DNA of 64,000 nucleotides from an uncultured Gemmatimonadota bacterium (GTDB lineage Bacteria; JAAXHH01): NCBI GenBank assembly GCA_951812955.1, contig OX638340.1, positions 3,488,001 to 3,552,000 of the forward strand, read 5' to 3'. Shown piece by piece: positions 61,758 to 64,000 of this stretch (position 1 is its first letter; each line of letters starts with the position of its first letter). The notes under the pieces were generated by a model. It saw only the letters and a program-made list of their open reading frames with translations, ran no database searches and was not told where the DNA came from. The position numbers and the translations under genes were made by a program.

Positions 61758-62777
61758 TCAGTCCGTGAACCGGATCGTCTCGCCCGTCTTTACCGATTCG
61801 GCCTCCGCGTGGCAGATCCGTAGCGCGTCGCGGGCCGCGGCGGCAGACACCAGTTCGGGTTCCGTTCCGTTTTCAAGAGCATTGATGGCGTAGCCCAACT
61901 GGGCCTCGAAGGCCTCGGGGAAATCGATCTCGGGTTCGGTTCTCGCGCCGTCCGGCGTATAGAGCGTGACCGGCCGGTCCGAGAGCACGTTGTACCAGAG
62001 CGTGCCTTCCTCGAAATAGGCGTCGTAGCCGTGTTCGAAGGCGGCCGAACTGATTGCCCCGCACTGGGAGGAGACGGTGAGGTCCCGGCTTTCGTACCCA
62101 TACTGCGTGTTCAGGTAGAGCACGTATCCGTTCGGACTCGTCATGCCATCGGCGTGGACGCTGTCCGGCATGCCGAAGAGGTAGCGCAGATAGTCGGTGT
62201 CGTGTATGTGCAGGTCGATCCCCGCCGCCCCCGTGCGCTCGTAGTCTCCGAACCAGTTGTCCTCGCCCCACAGGGGTTTGGAGATGACCCGCTTGAGGTG
62301 CAACCCGAGGAGGCGTCCGTAGCGTCCATCGTCGATGGCTGCCTTGAGGAACGCGAATTCGGGGAAGAACTTCAGCACGTGGGCGACCATCAGGGTCCTT
62401 CCGGCTTCTCCGGCCCGGGCGATCATGCGGTCCGCCTCGTTCAGTCCGAGGGCGATGGGTTTCTCGACGAGAACGTGTTTGCCGGCATCCAGCGCGCGCA
62501 GGACCACATCGTGGTGCAGGGCCGTGGGCAGGCAAACGTCGACCAGGTCGATATCCGGATCGCCCAGTACCTCTTCGATATCTGTGCAGGTACGGATCCC
62601 GGTCAGGTCCTGTACGCCGCCTCCGCCGCCGAAGTTGCCTTGGATGTGCCGCCAGTCGCCGCTCAGCTTCCGCTCGTCCCGGGTGCAGATGGCCCCCACC
62701 TCCGCGTTGGCCAGGTTCCTGATCGCCATGAAGTGGGTCGTGCCCATGAATCCGATGCCCAGAATGCCGATGCGTAT
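61758..62777 (-). CDS. Gfo/Idh/MocA-family NAD(P)-dependent oxidoreductase
   Basis: IRIGILGIGFMGTTHF...LVDVCLPTALHHDVVLRALDAGKHVLVEKPIA. Start proposed at the TTG at 62777, preceded by AAAGGAGG (an upstream ATG at 62819 lacks an RBS). Confidence 0.7.
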   Translation of the reverse strand: MRIGILGIGFMGTTHFMAIRNLANAEVGAICTRDERKLSGDWRHIQGNFGGGGGVQDLTGIRTCTDIEEVLGDPDIDLVDVCLPTALHHDVVLRALDAGKHVLVEKPIALGLNEADRMIARAGEAGRTLMVAHVLKFFPEFAFLKAAIDDGRYGRLLGLHLKRVISKPLWGEDNWFGDYERTGAAGIDLHIHDTDYLRYLFGMPDSVHADGMTSPNGYVLYLNTQYGYESRDLTVSSQCGAISSAAFEHGYDAYFEEGTLWYNVLSDRPVTLYTPDGARTEPEIDFPEAFEAQLGYAINALENGTEPELVSAAAARDALRICHAEAESVKTGETIRFTD

Positions 62778-62883
62778 CAAGTATGTTCCTCCTTTGAACG
62801 GGATGCGCACATCTTTCACGCGCCTTCTTCATCGGGGATGTTTCTTACTTTCTTCGAGGTCCCGGTCTCTCTCTCAGACTACT

Positions 62884-63711
62884 TTAATCCGTCGCGGACG
62901 GCGTGAACAGCAGTTGACCGTGTTTCCGGTAACCGCCGATGAGGGCCTGTGCCTCCGGTGAGGTGACATAGTCAATGAGCGCGCGCGCGTGCCCGTACTT
63001 GACGTGCGGCCAGCGCTCAGGGTTGACGGCGATCATGCTATAGGGGTTGTGCAGCGGGGGATCGTACTCCACCAGGACCCGTAAGTCCACTGTTTCCCGC
63101 AGGGCCAGGTAGGTGCCCCGGTCGATCAGCACGTAACCGCGTTTCTCGTCCGCCATGCGCAAAGTGGCTGCCATGCCCTGGCCCACCTCCACGTACCAGT
63201 CTCCGGCAGGCTCGGTCCCGGCAATGGTCCAGATCGCCCGCTCTTTCTGGTGGGTACCGGATAGATCGCCCCGCGAGAAAAACAACGCTTCCTTGCGCGC
63301 AATGGTGACGAAGGCGTCGGCGACTTTTTCCGTCCCTGCGATCCCGGCCTGATCGGCGGAAGGCCCTACGACGACGAAATCGTTGTACATCACGCTCCGG
63401 CGATTCACGCCGAAGCCGGCGTCGACAAAGGCTTCCTCCAGCTTTGGAGCGTGTACGAGGACCGCGTCCACGTCGCCATTTTCGGCCAGCTTCAGCGCCT
63501 TTCCCGTGCCGACGGCGATGACGTCCACCCGAATCCCACCGTCAGGCTTTCGTTCAAACGGCGGCAGGAGGATGTCGAGCAGGCCCGAATCGTGGGTGCT
63601 GGTGGTCGTTGCCAATTTCAGGCGTGGCTGCGCTTCCGCATCGGGCGCGGTTACTGTGACGGAGGCGACTGCCACAACAAAGAGCAGGGGAAATAGACGA
63701 CGAAGACGCAT
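62884..63711 (-). CDS. tupA: Periplasmic tungstate/molybdate-type ABC substrate-binding protein (TupA/WtpA-like)
   Basis: Signal MRLRRLFPLLFVVAVASVTVTAPDAEAQ. Then LKLATTTSTHDSGLLDILLPPFE, characteristic of TupA-like binding proteins. Confidence 0.6.
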   Translation of the reverse strand: MRLRRLFPLLFVVAVASVTVTAPDAEAQPRLKLATTTSTHDSGLLDILLPPFERKPDGGIRVDVIAVGTGKALKLAENGDVDAVLVHAPKLEEAFVDAGFGVNRRSVMYNDFVVVGPSADQAGIAGTEKVADAFVTIARKEALFFSRGDLSGTHQKERAIWTIAGTEPAGDWYVEVGQGMAATLRMADEKRGYVLIDRGTYLALRETVDLRVLVEYDPPLHNPYSMIAVNPERWPHVKYGHARALIDYVTSPEAQALIGGYRKHGQLLFTPSATD

Positions 63712-63752
63712 GCTGTGGACCGATTCGTGGGCGGCGTTACTCGGGCGGACCG

Positions 63753-64000
63753 TCAGTTCAACCTGAGCATGAACATGACGCGAAGGCGCGTTCGCCACGC
63801 GTTGTTAGCCACGGGCGAGACGTGTGTCTCGGGGGAATCGTACTTGCGGGTGTACAGGTGGATATCGACCGTCAGCTTTTCTATGAGATGATGGCCGAAG
63901 AAGAGGGCGGCGCCTTTCGTATTGGTCTGGGTGTAGTCGATGTTGCTGAAGGGTGCAAGCGTGGCGTCCTGCTGCATGAGATAGGCCTGGAACCCGGTTC
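63753..64000 (-). CDS. Partial ORF, 3' end of a hypothetical protein (possibly outer membrane); 5' end outside the window
   Basis: Frame open to the window edge. Only the C-terminal 80 aa are visible. Confidence 0.25.
   Translation of the reverse strand, partial: TGFQAYLMQQDATLAPFSNIDYTQTNTKGAALFFGHHLIEKLTVDIHLYTRKYDSPETHVSPVANNAWRTRLRVMFMLRLN

Noticed and set aside
61873-62832. Alternative 319-aa ORF in another frame overlapping the Gfo/Idh/MocA gene
   Set aside because: Arg/Pro/Gly-rich low-complexity translation with no motifs. The overlapping frame has the clear Rossmann/GFO signature.

Overview
This is a high-GC (about 60-65%) bacterial chromosomal fragment with AGGAG-type ribosome-binding sites and frequent GTG/TTG start codons. 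I cannot place the taxon from sequence alone; it looks like an uncultured marine or host-associated bacterium.

The first ~50 kb is accessory-like. It is dominated by a seven-member family of large to giant surface lipoproteins (551-2410 aa). All share a conserved lipobox context (C-G-[K/R]-D-[S/T]-P-T), N-terminal bacterial Ig-like group 2 (BIG2) domains, and tandem cassettes of a cysteine-free LRRNT-like cap (ALVALYNATDGPNW..NWLSDRPL.EWYGV), 24-residue plant-type LRRs (L..L.L..N.LSGSIPPELGNL) and a two-cysteine C-cap (GTGLC.P.D..FQ.WL..I....GVVNC). Several combine these with CARDB repeats, cadherin-like domains and a C-terminal metzincin-like zinc metalloprotease (HE..H..S..H plus an LMSYC Met-turn-like motif). 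One member is broken by a frameshift in a C4 homopolymer run.

These genes contain very recent internal duplications (a perfect 2x72-bp repeat and a 255-bp duplication). A 14-kb block holding three of them is bracketed by an imperfect direct repeat. The left copy of that repeat overlaps the stop codon of a PurM-like gene.

Other accessory content:
- a tandem small-lipoprotein paralog family with two decayed copies
- a YjiK/SdiA-regulated-like gene preceded by a 4x22-bp tandem array
- an outer-membrane beta-barrel protein with a kinase-like motif
- a 415-bp low-GC insertion bounded by perfect 30-bp direct repeats, sitting exactly at the start of a ykgJ - SelA-like (Tat signal) - PurM-like operon
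- three tandem small membrane coiled-coil proteins

The last ~13 kb looks like ordinary metabolism: an M14 peptidase - D-mannonate dehydratase-like - RDD operon, saccharopine dehydrogenase-like, PPK2, an alkaline-phosphatase-family enzyme, a ceramidase-like protein, a Gfo/Idh/MocA oxidoreductase and a TupA-like binding protein.

No rRNA, tRNA or CRISPR array was seen. All functional calls are from motifs read by eye; no database search was possible.
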